Assembly (NCBI GenBank): GCA_021323375.2 | Contig: JAJPCT020000017.1 | Location: 32,001-96,000, forward strand | DNA: 64,000 nucleotides | DNA from: Candidatus Wolframiiraptor gerlachensis | GTDB lineage: Archaea; Thermoproteota; Nitrososphaeria_A; Caldarchaeales; Wolframiiraptoraceae | Direction: 5' to 3' | Part shown: positions 48,251 through 57,526 of the stretch, piece by piece | How the letters are laid out: every line of letters starts with the position of its first letter | Numbering within the stretch: the first letter of the stretch is position 1 | Notes under the pieces: generated by a model | The model's database searches: none | What the model was told of the DNA's origin: nothing | What the model saw: only the letters and a program-made list of their open reading frames with translations | Program-made: the position numbers and the translations under genes

Positions 48251-48736
48251 ATGCCGAAAAAGCTTGTCATAAGCCCGAACAAGTGCACTGGATGCGGCAT
48301 ATGCATGCTGGCATGCTCCTACAGGCATTTCAAGGTGATCAACCCCGCGAGATCGAGGATCAGAGTTGTGAGGCTCCCCCATGAGCCCGTTGACTCGCCA
48401 ATATACTGTATTCAATGTGGCCTCTGTATCAGCGCATGCCCCTTCAATGCCCTCTCAAGAGATCTTAGAATAGGCGCCGTGAAGGTTGATCCCGAGAAAT
48501 GCACTGGATGCGGCATATGTGTGCATGTCTGCCCATATGGCGCCGCATCTAGGGACCCTAAGACCCATAAGGCCCTCATATGCGACCTCTGTGACGGCGA
48601 CCCAGAGTGCGTCAAGGTGTGTTCTGAGGGCGTGCTCCTCTACCTAGACCCGGATGATGCGGCCGAGTATAAGCGGATAGCCTTCTCAAGGCTCCAAAGG
48701 AGGGAGGTTACGCCCCTAAGGCCCGATACGAGGTGA
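48251..48736 (+). CDS. 4Fe-4S dicluster ferredoxin-like subunit
   Basis: Four Cys-cluster motifs (CTGCGIC, CIQCGLC...CP, CTGCGIC...CP, CDLC...C...C). Confidence 0.92.
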   Translation: MPKKLVISPNKCTGCGICMLACSYRHFKVINPARSRIRVVRLPHEPVDSPIYCIQCGLCISACPFNALSRDLRIGAVKVDPEKCTGCGICVHVCPYGAASRDPKTHKALICDLCDGDPECVKVCSEGVLLYLDPDDAAEYKRIAFSRLQRREVTPLRPDTR

Positions 48737-48743
48737 TGGGTGG

Positions 48744-50660
48744 ATGGCGGATGGAAAGCTTTACGGCTATGCGGGCAAGATTCTCCGCGTCAACCTCTCG
48801 AAGGCAAAGATCGTGGAGGAGGATCTTAGGCCAGATCTACTGAAGCTCTACTTGGGAGGGACGGGCTATGCTGTGAGAATGCTATGGGATAGCCTTGAGA
48901 AAGGAATAGACCCGCTTAGCCCCAAGAACCTGTTGATAGCATGCACCGGGCCGCTCACGGGCACCCTGACACCATGCTCTGGCAGCGTCGAGTTCGCCTT
49001 CAAGTCGCCGCTGACAGGGATCTTCGGCCAAACTAGGGCTGGAGGAAGATTCGGGCCGAAGTTAAAGTATGCAGGCTACGACTTCATAATAGTTGAGGGT
49101 GCATCAGATAAGCCCGTCTACCTTAGCATCATGGACGGGTCGCCGGAGCTTAGGGATGCATCTCATATCTGGGGCAAGACCGTTCACGAGGCGACCGATA
49201 TCCTGCTCGAGGAGGTTGGTGATCCTGAGGCGTCTGTCGCATGCATCGGGCCGGGAGGCGAGAGACTGATCAGATACGCGAGCATAATGGTCGACTATGA
49301 TCGGGCTGCGGGGAGATGTGGTGGAGGCGCTGTGATGGGATCTAAGAGGCTGAAGGCGATAGTGGTGAACGGTGACCGCGATATTGAGGCCGCTAAGCCA
49401 GACGAGTTCTATGAGGCCGCTCTCGAGGCAATAAAGGCTGTGAGTAAGCAGGGCAGGGGGTCACTAGGCCAGTTCGGAACCGTGGGCGGATTGCTTGGGC
49501 TGAACGAGTCAGGAGCCCTGCCGACGAAGAACTTCCAGACATGCTACTACGAGGAGGCTGAGAAGATGTCGGGCCAGGAGCTCGCGAGGAAATACCTACT
49601 TAAGCGAAGGGCGTGCATGGGATGCCCGATCGGGTGCGGGAGATATGTCTGGGTTCCATCGGGCCCATATATGACGCCGCCTCATGAGGGGGCCGAGTAT
49701 GAGACCACGGACATGATCGGCGTCCAAAGCATGATAGGCTCTCTTGAGCCCCTCATCAGGGCGGATTACCTCTGCAACACCTATGGCATAGACACGATCT
49801 CGGCTGGAAACGTGATCGCATTCGCGATAGAAGCATATGAGAGGGGCTTGATAACGGATGAGGATACGGGTGGGATTAAGTTGAGGTGGGGCGATGCTGA
49901 TGCCTGTTTAAAGCTCCTCGAGCTTATCATCGAGCGTAGGGGTATTGGGGATCTCTTGGCCGAGGGTGTTAAGCGCGCCGCCGAGAAGATCGGGAGAGGT
50001 GCTGAGGACTTCGCATGTCATGGCAAGGGATTGGAGGTGCCGGCCCACGATACCCGAGGAACATCTAAGTCTTTCGCGATCCAGTATGCTATTGGTAATC
50101 CGAGGGGCGCATGCCATATCGAGCCGCTATGGGCTGGGATGTGGGACTTCTCCAGATCAAGCCTAGGGCTTAGGGAGCTCGGATTACCATGGCCACCGCC
50201 GAGCAGGTTCGAGGAAGTTGGTGTCAAGAGGGGTGAAGCATGTAGGCTTCTCTGGCTCTATGGTGAGCTCGCGAGCATACTCGGGATATGCAGGTTCAGC
50301 ATGCAGGGAGGAGAGGATGAGATACTCACGCCGGCGAGGCTCTCACGCCTAGTTTCAACGCTAACGGGATGGGGTCTCACTCCTAAGGACTTGATCAAGA
50401 TCTCTGACAGGGTCTATACGCTGAAGCGCTGCTTCAATGTGAGAGAGGGGGTTAGTAGGAAGGATGATAGGCTTCCGAGGAGGCTTATGGAGCCCCTTGC
50501 AACAGGGCCCACGAAGGGTCAGAGGGTAGAGAACCTCGACGTAATGCTCGATGAGACATATGAGGCTCTTGGATGGGATAAGAAGACCGGGAAGCCTACG
50601 AGGGAGAAGCTGAAGGAGCTTGGGCTCGATGATGTAGCTGAGGTCATTTGGGGAGGCTAA
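48744..50660 (+). CDS. Aldehyde:ferredoxin oxidoreductase family (tungstopterin) enzyme
   Basis: GYAGKILRVNLS, KSPLTG, AGRCGGGAVMGSKRLKA, CMGCPIGC, EYET, GIDTIS, RGACH. Confidence 0.93.
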   Translation: MADGKLYGYAGKILRVNLSKAKIVEEDLRPDLLKLYLGGTGYAVRMLWDSLEKGIDPLSPKNLLIACTGPLTGTLTPCSGSVEFAFKSPLTGIFGQTRAGGRFGPKLKYAGYDFIIVEGASDKPVYLSIMDGSPELRDASHIWGKTVHEATDILLEEVGDPEASVACIGPGGERLIRYASIMVDYDRAAGRCGGGAVMGSKRLKAIVVNGDRDIEAAKPDEFYEAALEAIKAVSKQGRGSLGQFGTVGGLLGLNESGALPTKNFQTCYYEEAEKMSGQELARKYLLKRRACMGCPIGCGRYVWVPSGPYMTPPHEGAEYETTDMIGVQSMIGSLEPLIRADYLCNTYGIDTISAGNVIAFAIEAYERGLITDEDTGGIKLRWGDADACLKLLELIIERRGIGDLLAEGVKRAAEKIGRGAEDFACHGKGLEVPAHDTRGTSKSFAIQYAIGNPRGACHIEPLWAGMWDFSRSSLGLRELGLPWPPPSRFEEVGVKRGEACRLLWLYGELASILGICRFSMQGGEDEILTPARLSRLVSTLTGWGLTPKDLIKISDRVYTLKRCFNVREGVSRKDDRLPRRLMEPLATGPTKGQRVENLDVMLDETYEALGWDKKTGKPTREKLKELGLDDVAEVIWGG

Positions 50661-50696
50661 ACCTCAAAACCCCATTCATCCAAGTGTATAGCGGGG

Positions 50697-51704
50697 TTGA
50701 CGACCATAAGTCCCGATGAGAAGCTGGTCCTCGGCATAGAGTCCACAGCACATACATTCGGCGTCGGAATAGCATCAAGCTCCGGCAAGATACTGGCCAA
50801 CGTGAATTACGTTTACCGGCCGAAGGAGGGCGGGATACATCCAAGAGAGGCGGCTCAGCATCATAGCAGGATAGCGGCAAAGGCTCTGAGGGAGGCTCTC
50901 GAGCAGGCTGGCGTGAAGCCCATGGACCTCGATGGAGTAGCATTCTCAATTGGGCCCGGAATGGGGCCATGCCTCAGGGTCGGTGCCACGGTGGCACGCG
51001 CTATCGCACTAAGGCTCGGCAAGCCCCTGATAGGCGTTAACCATAGCGTAGCCCATATCGAGATCGGGAGGCTCGCGACCGGCTGCAGGGACCCGGTCGT
51101 CCTTTATGTCGCCGGAGGCAACACGATGATCACGAGCTATATCGATGGCAGATACAGGATCCTTGGTGAGACCTTGGATATAGCTGCTGGAAACTGTCTC
51201 GATGTCTTCGGGATAAAGGCTGGCATAGGGCCCATGCCGGCCCCGGAGGAGTATGCTAGGAGGGGTGAGAGGTTTCACCCGCTCCCCTACCGGGTTAAGG
51301 GAATGGATGTCTCATTCTCAGGCCTCTTAACAGCGGCCCTGAAGCTCCTCGGAGAGGTTAGGCTCGAGGATCTCTGCCTCAGCATAACCGAGACCGTTTA
51401 CAGCATGCTGACAGAGACTCTTGAGAGGGCGCTGGCATATGCTGAGAAGGAGGAGATACTTCTCGTGGGCGGGCTCGCTAGAAGTAGGAGGCTAAGGGAG
51501 ATGATCGAGGAGATGGCGAAGCTTCATGATGCGAGGGTCTACACGGTGCCCCCGGAATATGCTGGTGATAACGGGGCGATGATCGCCTGGACAGGGGTCC
51601 TCCAACTCATCGCGGGCCAGACTCTGAGGATCGAGGAGAGCAAGGTTAGGCCTAGATTCAGGCTAGATGAGGCCGAGGCTAGATGGAGAATGCTAGGTCT
51701 ATAG
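50697..51704 (+). CDS. kae1: KEOPS t6A synthase Kae1
   Basis: LGIESTAHT, GGIHP, GPGMGPCL, VNHSVAHIE, GETLDIAAGN, DNGAMIA. Confidence 0.96.
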   Translation: MTTISPDEKLVLGIESTAHTFGVGIASSSGKILANVNYVYRPKEGGIHPREAAQHHSRIAAKALREALEQAGVKPMDLDGVAFSIGPGMGPCLRVGATVARAIALRLGKPLIGVNHSVAHIEIGRLATGCRDPVVLYVAGGNTMITSYIDGRYRILGETLDIAAGNCLDVFGIKAGIGPMPAPEEYARRGERFHPLPYRVKGMDVSFSGLLTAALKLLGEVRLEDLCLSITETVYSMLTETLERALAYAEKEEILLVGGLARSRRLREMIEEMAKLHDARVYTVPPEYAGDNGAMIAWTGVLQLIAGQTLRIEESKVRPRFRLDEAEARWRMLGL

Positions 51705-52378
51705 GGGGAAGAGTGATGATTGGGGAGAGGCTTGAGGTCATTAGGGTCGGCGCAGAGGCCGTTGTCTCCCGGCTCGAGTGGAATGGATTCAAGATGGTGT
51801 CGAAGCACCGTGTGCCGAAGCCCTACAGGTTCCCGGAGCTTGATAGGTTGGTTAGGGATAGGAGGACCCTGCATGAGGCTAGGGTGATCATGAACTTGAG
51901 GAGGCTTGGGATACCATGCCCGGCGATCCTCCTCATGGATAGGAGCGAGGCGACGCTCTACCTCCAGCTAATCGAGGGCGTTGAGCTAAAGAAGGCCCTA
52001 GACTCGCTGCCAGTCGAGGAGGTTGAGAGGCTGGCAAACATGCTCGGTAGGATTGTTGGGAGAATGCATAGGGGCGGCATCGCGCATGGCGACCTCACAA
52101 CATCAAATATCATGCTCGATAGGATGGAGAACCTCTATCTCATAGACTTCGGCCTAAGCACTATAACAAATGACCCGGAGGAGCTGGCCGTGGACATACA
52201 CCTCCTTGATAGAAGCCTAGAGAGTGTTCATCATAGGTTGAGGGCGGTGTTTATGAGGAGCTTTCTCAAGGGCTACGCAGCCGCGGCTGGCATGGACTTC
52301 CTACAAGCATTAATCGAAAAGGTTAAGGAGATCAGAAGTAGGGGGAGATATGTTGAGGAGCGGAGAAAGAGGTATTAG
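51683..52378 (+). CDS. bud32: KEOPS kinase/ATPase Bud32
   Basis: GAEA, K.RVPKPYR, HGDLTTSN, IDFGL, RGRY. Confidence 0.95.
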   Translation: MENARSIGGRVMIGERLEVIRVGAEAVVSRLEWNGFKMVSKHRVPKPYRFPELDRLVRDRRTLHEARVIMNLRRLGIPCPAILLMDRSEATLYLQLIEGVELKKALDSLPVEEVERLANMLGRIVGRMHRGGIAHGDLTTSNIMLDRMENLYLIDFGLSTITNDPEELAVDIHLLDRSLESVHHRLRAVFMRSFLKGYAAAAGMDFLQALIEKVKEIRSRGRYVEERRKRY

Positions 52379-52958
52379 ATTCGTGGTCGTGACGAGCAAT
52401 CTTGGAAAAGCTAGGGAATTCGAGAGCATCTTCTCCGAATATGGATTGAGCTTCAGGATTGAACCCATTAAGACGCCGGAGATACAGGCAGTGGACCTGA
52501 GGATAATTGCTGAGCAGAGCGCGATCTATGCCTATGATATTCTCAGGGAGCCCGTGCTAGTCGAGGACGCAGGTCTCTTCATAGACGCGTTAAACGGCTT
52601 CCCGGGACCATTCAGCAGCTACGTCTACAAGGCTATCGGGATAAGAGGAATACTGAAGCTCATGGAGGACGTTGAAGATAGGAGGGCGCGATTCCTATCA
52701 GTCATAGCATTCTACACGCCGATGATCGGCGGCGTCAAGATATTCACGGGGGAAGTTGAGGGGTATATAGCGAGAGAGCCCCGCGGCTCCAGCGGCTTCG
52801 GCTTCGATCCAATATTCATCCCGGCTGAGGGCGATGGGAAGACGTTCGCCGAGCAGAGCGTTGAGGAAAAGAACAAGCTCTCTCATAGGGCGAGGGCTGC
52901 TAGGAAATTCGCCGAGTGGATGCTATCGCTCGAGCCCATCTCGCCGGCATACGAGTAG
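52350..52958 (+). CDS. rdgB: Non-canonical purine NTP pyrophosphatase (RdgB/HAM1)
   Basis: TSNLGK, EDAGL..ALNGFPG, GFGFDPIF, KNKLSHR. Confidence 0.95.
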   Translation: MLRSGERGIRFVVVTSNLGKAREFESIFSEYGLSFRIEPIKTPEIQAVDLRIIAEQSAIYAYDILREPVLVEDAGLFIDALNGFPGPFSSYVYKAIGIRGILKLMEDVEDRRARFLSVIAFYTPMIGGVKIFTGEVEGYIAREPRGSSGFGFDPIFIPAEGDGKTFAEQSVEEKNKLSHRARAARKFAEWMLSLEPISPAYE

Positions 52959-52961
52959 CCC

Positions 52962-54545
52962 TTAAATCAGCCCAATCCTCCTCCTGAGATACGATGATGG
53001 AAGACTTCTAATCCAGTTCAGATCATTTATGTAGAATGTTCTTATGTCGTCTAGGTCGTAGAGCGCGAGGGCAAGCCTCTCCAATCCTCCTCCCCATGCG
53101 AGGACTCTATGCTTTACTCCCATGGGCCGGGTTACCTCGGGCCTGAAGATTCCCATGCCGATGAGCTCGAGCCAGGTCTTCTTATCCTCGAGATATGCTA
53201 TCGCCTCCGCCGACGGCTCCGTGTATGGGAAGTAGCTTGGCCTAAACCTGACATTCTTAAGCCCAAGCCTAGCGTAGAACTCCTTGATCAATCCCAGTAG
53301 GTCCCTGAAGGACACGTTCTCGCCCATCACTATCCCCTCGATCTGATGGAACTCTGCGAGATGCTTCCAGTCAACCTTCTCATTCCTGTATATCCTGTCA
53401 ACTGAGAATACCTTGACTGGCGGCTCCCGGTGATCGGCGAGCCACCTGATTGTCGTGGCGGTTGTATGCGTTCTCAAGAGGAGCTTTCTTGCTTCATCCT
53501 CCCTCCACTTATAGCCCCATCCCGTAGACCCTGTATCACCTCCATCCTCATGTGCCCGCTTAACAGGCTCCACGAGATGCATGGGTAGGTCGCCCATCTC
53601 AGGCTCGGCTAGATAGAACGTGTCATGCATCTCCCTCGCGGGGTGGTCTTGGGGCTGGAAGAGGGCGTCGAAGTTCCAGAAAGCCAGCTCGACAAGCGGG
53701 CCCTTAATCTCCTCAAAGCCCATCTCGACAAACACCTCTCTCACGATCCTTATCAGCTCCCTCAGCGGATGCCTCTTGCCGGCGAAGACTGGCGGCGTCG
53801 GCGCCTGCACATCGAACCTGCTAAACCTCACCTGTCTCCACTCGCCCGATACAAGCATGCTGGGCGTAAGTCTGGTAACCTCCCTAACCTCGAGAAGAGA
53901 GTCATCGAGTTTTAGGAGGGCTTCACTCGGCTTCAAGACATGAATTCTCTTGATCTTAACCTCGAGCACGCCGGGCCTCGAGGCAAGCCGCTGACAAGCC
54001 CCCCTCAAGTCCTCCGGGATCTCCGAGGCCTCCCTCTCACCATCCCTCAGAATCCTGAGAAGATGCTCCTCAGGAAGCTCGCTGGGCTCCGAGACAAGTC
54101 TAGCATAAACATTCTCGCCAATCTTCTCGATATCTATCCATCCCATCCTGCGAGCCCAGTTAACTCCAATCCTGAACTCCTTCTCTCCAAGCTCCTTCTC
54201 CAATATCTTTAGGTCAAGCCTTCCACCAGCTGCCTTAAGCATCTCTATGAGTCTTCTTTCCGGGAAACCGCGCTCCGCATAAATCCGCCCCTCCTCGCCA
54301 AGTCCATAGAACCTTCTCTCATACTCCTCAACCGTTACCAGTCCTTTGCTCGATAACCAGAGAGCGGCTTTCGCGATCGAGCCGACATCCCTGCCAATGA
54401 GCTCCGCAGCTTCCTCGAAGGTGAGCGGCCTACCAGCCCGCTTTAAAGCCCTAGCAACCTCCCTCTCAAGCCAGTGGAGAACAAGCTCCGAAACAATAAC
54501 CGGTCCCTCGCGATCACGGCATCTCCAGCGAGATTTAAGCCTCAC
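52962..54545 (-). CDS. pheS: Phenylalanine-tRNA ligase alpha subunit (archaeal type); true start probably a few codons downstream
   Basis: FWNFDALFQPQDHPAREMHDTF, LRTHTT, FHQIEG, YFPYTEPS, AWGGGLERL. Confidence 0.96.
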   Translation of the reverse strand: MRLKSRWRCRDREGPVIVSELVLHWLEREVARALKRAGRPLTFEEAAELIGRDVGSIAKAALWLSSKGLVTVEEYERRFYGLGEEGRIYAERGFPERRLIEMLKAAGGRLDLKILEKELGEKEFRIGVNWARRMGWIDIEKIGENVYARLVSEPSELPEEHLLRILRDGEREASEIPEDLRGACQRLASRPGVLEVKIKRIHVLKPSEALLKLDDSLLEVREVTRLTPSMLVSGEWRQVRFSRFDVQAPTPPVFAGKRHPLRELIRIVREVFVEMGFEEIKGPLVELAFWNFDALFQPQDHPAREMHDTFYLAEPEMGDLPMHLVEPVKRAHEDGGDTGSTGWGYKWREDEARKLLLRTHTTATTIRWLADHREPPVKVFSVDRIYRNEKVDWKHLAEFHQIEGIVMGENVSFRDLLGLIKEFYARLGLKNVRFRPSYFPYTEPSAEAIAYLEDKKTWLELIGMGIFRPEVTRPMGVKHRVLAWGGGLERLALALYDLDDIRTFYINDLNWIRSLPSSYLRRRIGLI

Positions 54546-54580
54546 GTGGCGCGAAAAGAGCTTCTAGCCGAGGAGTCTTA

Positions 54581-54655
54581 CGGGCCCGGGGGGACTCGAA
54601 CCCCCGGTCTTCGGCTCCGGAGGCCGACGCCCTATCCAAACTAGGCCACGGGCCC
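54581..54655 (-). tRNA. tRNA-Arg(CCG)
   Basis: GGGCCCG/CGGGCCC acceptor, TCGGC-CTCCGGA-GCCGA anticodon arm, GGGGG-TTCGAGT-CCCCC. Confidence 0.96.
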
Positions 54656-54762
54656 CTCTAACAGCCTCTCCCGATCCGCTTGCTATTGATCTTTTCTTCT
54701 CATCTTTTTAATCTTCGGCCAGCACTTCTTAACAAATAAAAACGGGGAGGAAATGGGGTGGG

Positions 54763-54889
54763 GCTGGCCGGCGAGCTGTCGTAGCTGGGGGTTGGCGGGC
54801 CACCAGCTCTAACCACCACAAAGGATCTGTGGTGGGAGTCGTGGGTTATGCCACCAACCCTTCATAGCTTTTACTGCCCACCGGCCAGC
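54763..54889 (-). ncRNA. Putative structured RNA (long interrupted hairpin) overlapping the 3' end of the IS110-like gene
   Basis: Nested stems GCTGGCCGGTGGGC/GCTCGCCGGCCAGC, AGCT/AGCT, GGGTTGGTGG/CCGCCAACCC, CCAC/GTGG, CCACCACAGA/TTTGTGGTGG, then a pyrimidine/T tract. Confidence 0.5.
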
Positions 54890-55559
54890 AAGTGCTGTTT
54901 CTGTTGCTGCCATGCCTTCTTCAGGATCCTTACAATTCTTAGCTGTAGCTTGTAGACCGCCTTCTTGGGTGATAACCCCTCCAGATCCCTGAGGAGCTCT
55001 GCATTAATTCCGAGTCGTTTATTGTTAAGATAGACATTCATTGCGAGCCTTAAGAGGTGTGCACGTAGTCCACGATGATGGTTTTTGTTTTTATGAGGTG
55101 TTAAGCCCAACAGGCCATATAGTCTGCTAAGCTTCCAGTTTAGCGGCAATCTCGCCACTAGTATCGCCCCCATCTCACGTACATCTCGTACTCCCCTATC
55201 AACCTCAATAGGTCTACCTCCCTTGCTGGAAGCTATTTGAAGTGGTTTTTCGGGATCACACTCAGGAGCTTTGCATCAACCTCATCGGACTTCCTAAGCC
55301 CATTCTCCTCCCTCAACTTCTTCACCAACCTCTTATTCTTCAGCAGATACACCTTAACACCCTTCCTCAACGATTCCAAGACTTCATCGTATAGCTCTAG
55401 GAATAGCGAATCAATGTATATCTCGCTGGCGTCCTCCAGCTCCGTCAACTTCCTCACCTTAAACGGTTTCTCACCATCAAATACCGTATGAGCCTTATTC
55501 TTCCCCCTCTTCTTTCCGTCAACGGAGATCGCCGTATCAACATAGTAGACCCCACTCAT
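54871..55559 (-). mobile_element. Decayed IS110-superfamily (RuvC-DEDD + Tnp/Nop-like domain) gene: in-frame TAG at 55233-35 and internal deletion/frameshift near 55175
   Basis: YYVD...IYIDS...GVKVYLL...RKSDEVDAKLL (RuvC); read-through LPAREVDLLRLIGEYEMYVRW (start of coiled coil); then LYGLLGLTP...RGLRAHL (Tnp/Nop-like). Confidence 0.7.
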
Positions 55560-55890
55560 AGTTCTCTACTCCCTCCAACGGATCTCTTGGGCTCGCCGCA
55601 TAGAGTCTTAACGGTCGTGACTCCAACATATTGGGCATAGGCCCTAGCGAAATCATCCATCCTCCCAAGATTCTCGAGCACAAAAGTTCGCAAAAGAACC
55701 GGTGCAGCCTATCCCTATAACTTTCAATAATCATTAGCATTCATTAGTATAGTCCAGAATCCTGACGAGGTCATCCAGCAACCCAGCCTCCTCAAAGCGA
55801 CCCCTGAGCCCCCTATATATCCTCTGGATCTTGGGCCCACCCATCCCCAATAAACCCACCACAACACCTCCCTAACACAGACCTCACTTA
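55556..55890 (-). pseudogene. Decayed ORF translationally coupled (ATGA) to the IS110-like gene
   Basis: Fragments LGMGGPKIQRIYRGLRGRFEEAGLLDDLVRILDY / MIIESYRDRLHRFF / FVLENLGRMDDFARAYAQYVGV...REL* spread over three frames. Confidence 0.45.
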
Positions 55891-56095
55891 TTCCTTGAGG
55901 ACCACCCCCGAAAATGAAAAACGGTGGAAAACCCACCCTTATAGAGTATAAGGAAAATGCTACTTGTCTTCGCGATTGAGGTTGGGATTTAAGCTCATTT
56001 ATATATGAATCCCGCCGGGCCCGAACTTCTCGTAGGGAGATCAAATGACTATGGTTTTATTCATCGCTCCGCCTATTCAGGCTGGGAGTTGGGAA

Positions 56096-57169
56096 GTGGC
56101 TAGGACGCGGATAGTCAAGATCGACCCAATTAATCCCGAGGAATACATCCTCGTGGAGGCTGCCGAGGTTATCAAGCGTGGAGGCCTCGTGGCCTTCCCC
56201 ACGGAGACCGTCTACGGCCTCGGAGCCGACGCCTATAACCGCGATGCCGTGAGGAGGATATTCGAGGCTAAGAAGAGGCCTATGGATAACCCCCTGATAG
56301 TCCATATCTGCGATCTCGAGTGGCTCGAGAGCGTCACGAGAAATGTTCCAGAGGAGGCACGTAGGATCGCGGAGAGGCTCTGGCCCGGGCCGGTAACCCT
56401 CGTCCTCTGGAAGTCTCATGAGATCCCGGCTGAAGTCACCGCTGGCCTGCCGAAGATCGCTGTGAGATTTCCATCACATCCTGTCGCCATGGGTCTTATC
56501 AGGCATAGCGGGGTCCCCATAGCTGCTCCAAGCGCGAATCTCGCAGGCAGGCCATCACCAACCACAGCGCAGCACGTGATCCAAGACCTCTATGGCAGGG
56601 TTGACGTGATACTAGATGGAGGTGAGACGCTCTTCGGCGTGGAGTCGACGATAATAGACTTGACAAGTGAACCTCCTAAGCTGCTGAGGCCCGGCCCGAT
56701 CCCTGTCGAGGACTTGGAGAGAGTACTGAGGACACAGATAAGCATCCCCAATCATGCTAGGGGATTGTCGGAGGCGGAGATCGCGGAGTCCCCGGGCATG
56801 AAATACAGGCATTATGCGCCGGAAACACCTCTCAAACTTATCGAGGCGTTGGACTACCATGACCTAGCCTCATACTCGGCGAAAGTCCTTGAGATAGCTG
56901 AGGAATATCGCTCAAGGGGCTTTAAGGTCGTGATCCTCGCATCTCGGGAAACATGCCGGACCTACGTAGAGAGAGGCTTCGAGGTCATCGAGCTTGGATC
57001 TAGGAAAAATTTCTACGAGATAGCAAGAAACCTCTTCAACAGTCTTAGGAGGGTTGATGAGACAGGAGCGGATCTAGTGATCGCCGAGGGCTTTGAGGAG
57101 AGAGGGCTGGGGCTAACAATAATGAATAGGCTTAGAAAGGCTGCGAGACAGGATAGACTACTCGTCTAA
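56096..57169 (+). CDS. sua5: L-threonylcarbamoyladenylate synthase Sua5
   Basis: VAFPTETVYGLGA, KKRPMDNPLIVH, AAPSANLAGRPSPT, SPGMKYRHYAP, IMNRLRKAA; GTG start at 56096 inferred. Confidence 0.96.
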   Translation: MARTRIVKIDPINPEEYILVEAAEVIKRGGLVAFPTETVYGLGADAYNRDAVRRIFEAKKRPMDNPLIVHICDLEWLESVTRNVPEEARRIAERLWPGPVTLVLWKSHEIPAEVTAGLPKIAVRFPSHPVAMGLIRHSGVPIAAPSANLAGRPSPTTAQHVIQDLYGRVDVILDGGETLFGVESTIIDLTSEPPKLLRPGPIPVEDLERVLRTQISIPNHARGLSEAEIAESPGMKYRHYAPETPLKLIEALDYHDLASYSAKVLEIAEEYRSRGFKVVILASRETCRTYVERGFEVIELGSRKNFYEIARNLFNSLRRVDETGADLVIAEGFEERGLGLTIMNRLRKAARQDRLLV

Positions 57170-57432
57170 AAGCTGTTCCTACTCTCCTCCTGGAGCGAGA
57201 GAAGGGCATTCGCCCTATGATAGAGAACACGTATCTTGAATTCCATGTCCGAGACCCTCTCCCTGAGACCCTCGGGGAGCCCTGCCTCCATTATGCTCTT
57301 AACCTCCTTCATCAGGTCCTCGAGCATCACCTTCACAAGCTCCATCCTAGCTTCTTTCTGCAATAGCTGCTCGCAGAACCGAAGATCCTCCTCGATCTCG
57401 CGGATCCTCTTCTCGGCCTCCTCAGCTTCCAT
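57166..57432 (-). CDS. Small coiled-coil hypothetical protein
   Basis: 88 aa, E/R/L-rich helical ORF. Confidence 0.6.
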   Translation of the reverse strand: MEAEEAEKRIREIEEDLRFCEQLLQKEARMELVKVMLEDLMKEVKSIMEAGLPEGLRERVSDMEFKIRVLYHRANALLSLQEESRNSF

Positions 57433-57526
57433 GGATACTTCAAGAGATCGAGATCACGCCCACAATAAAAGGATTATAATGCCGCTGGATGAGAATTAAT
57501 TAACAACTTGCTCCGGGCGAGATGAG

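Noticed and set aside
55721-55742. CTTTCAATAATCATTAGCATTC resembles a CRISPR repeat (ATTGAAAG end on the minus strand)
   Set aside because: Single copy with no spaced partner, lying inside the decayed ORF upstream of the IS110-like gene.
55560-55900. Possible bridge RNA or TIGR array upstream of the IS110-like gene
   Set aside because: No periodic ~36-nt units or repeated box motifs visible; the region reads as a frameshifted protein-coding remnant.
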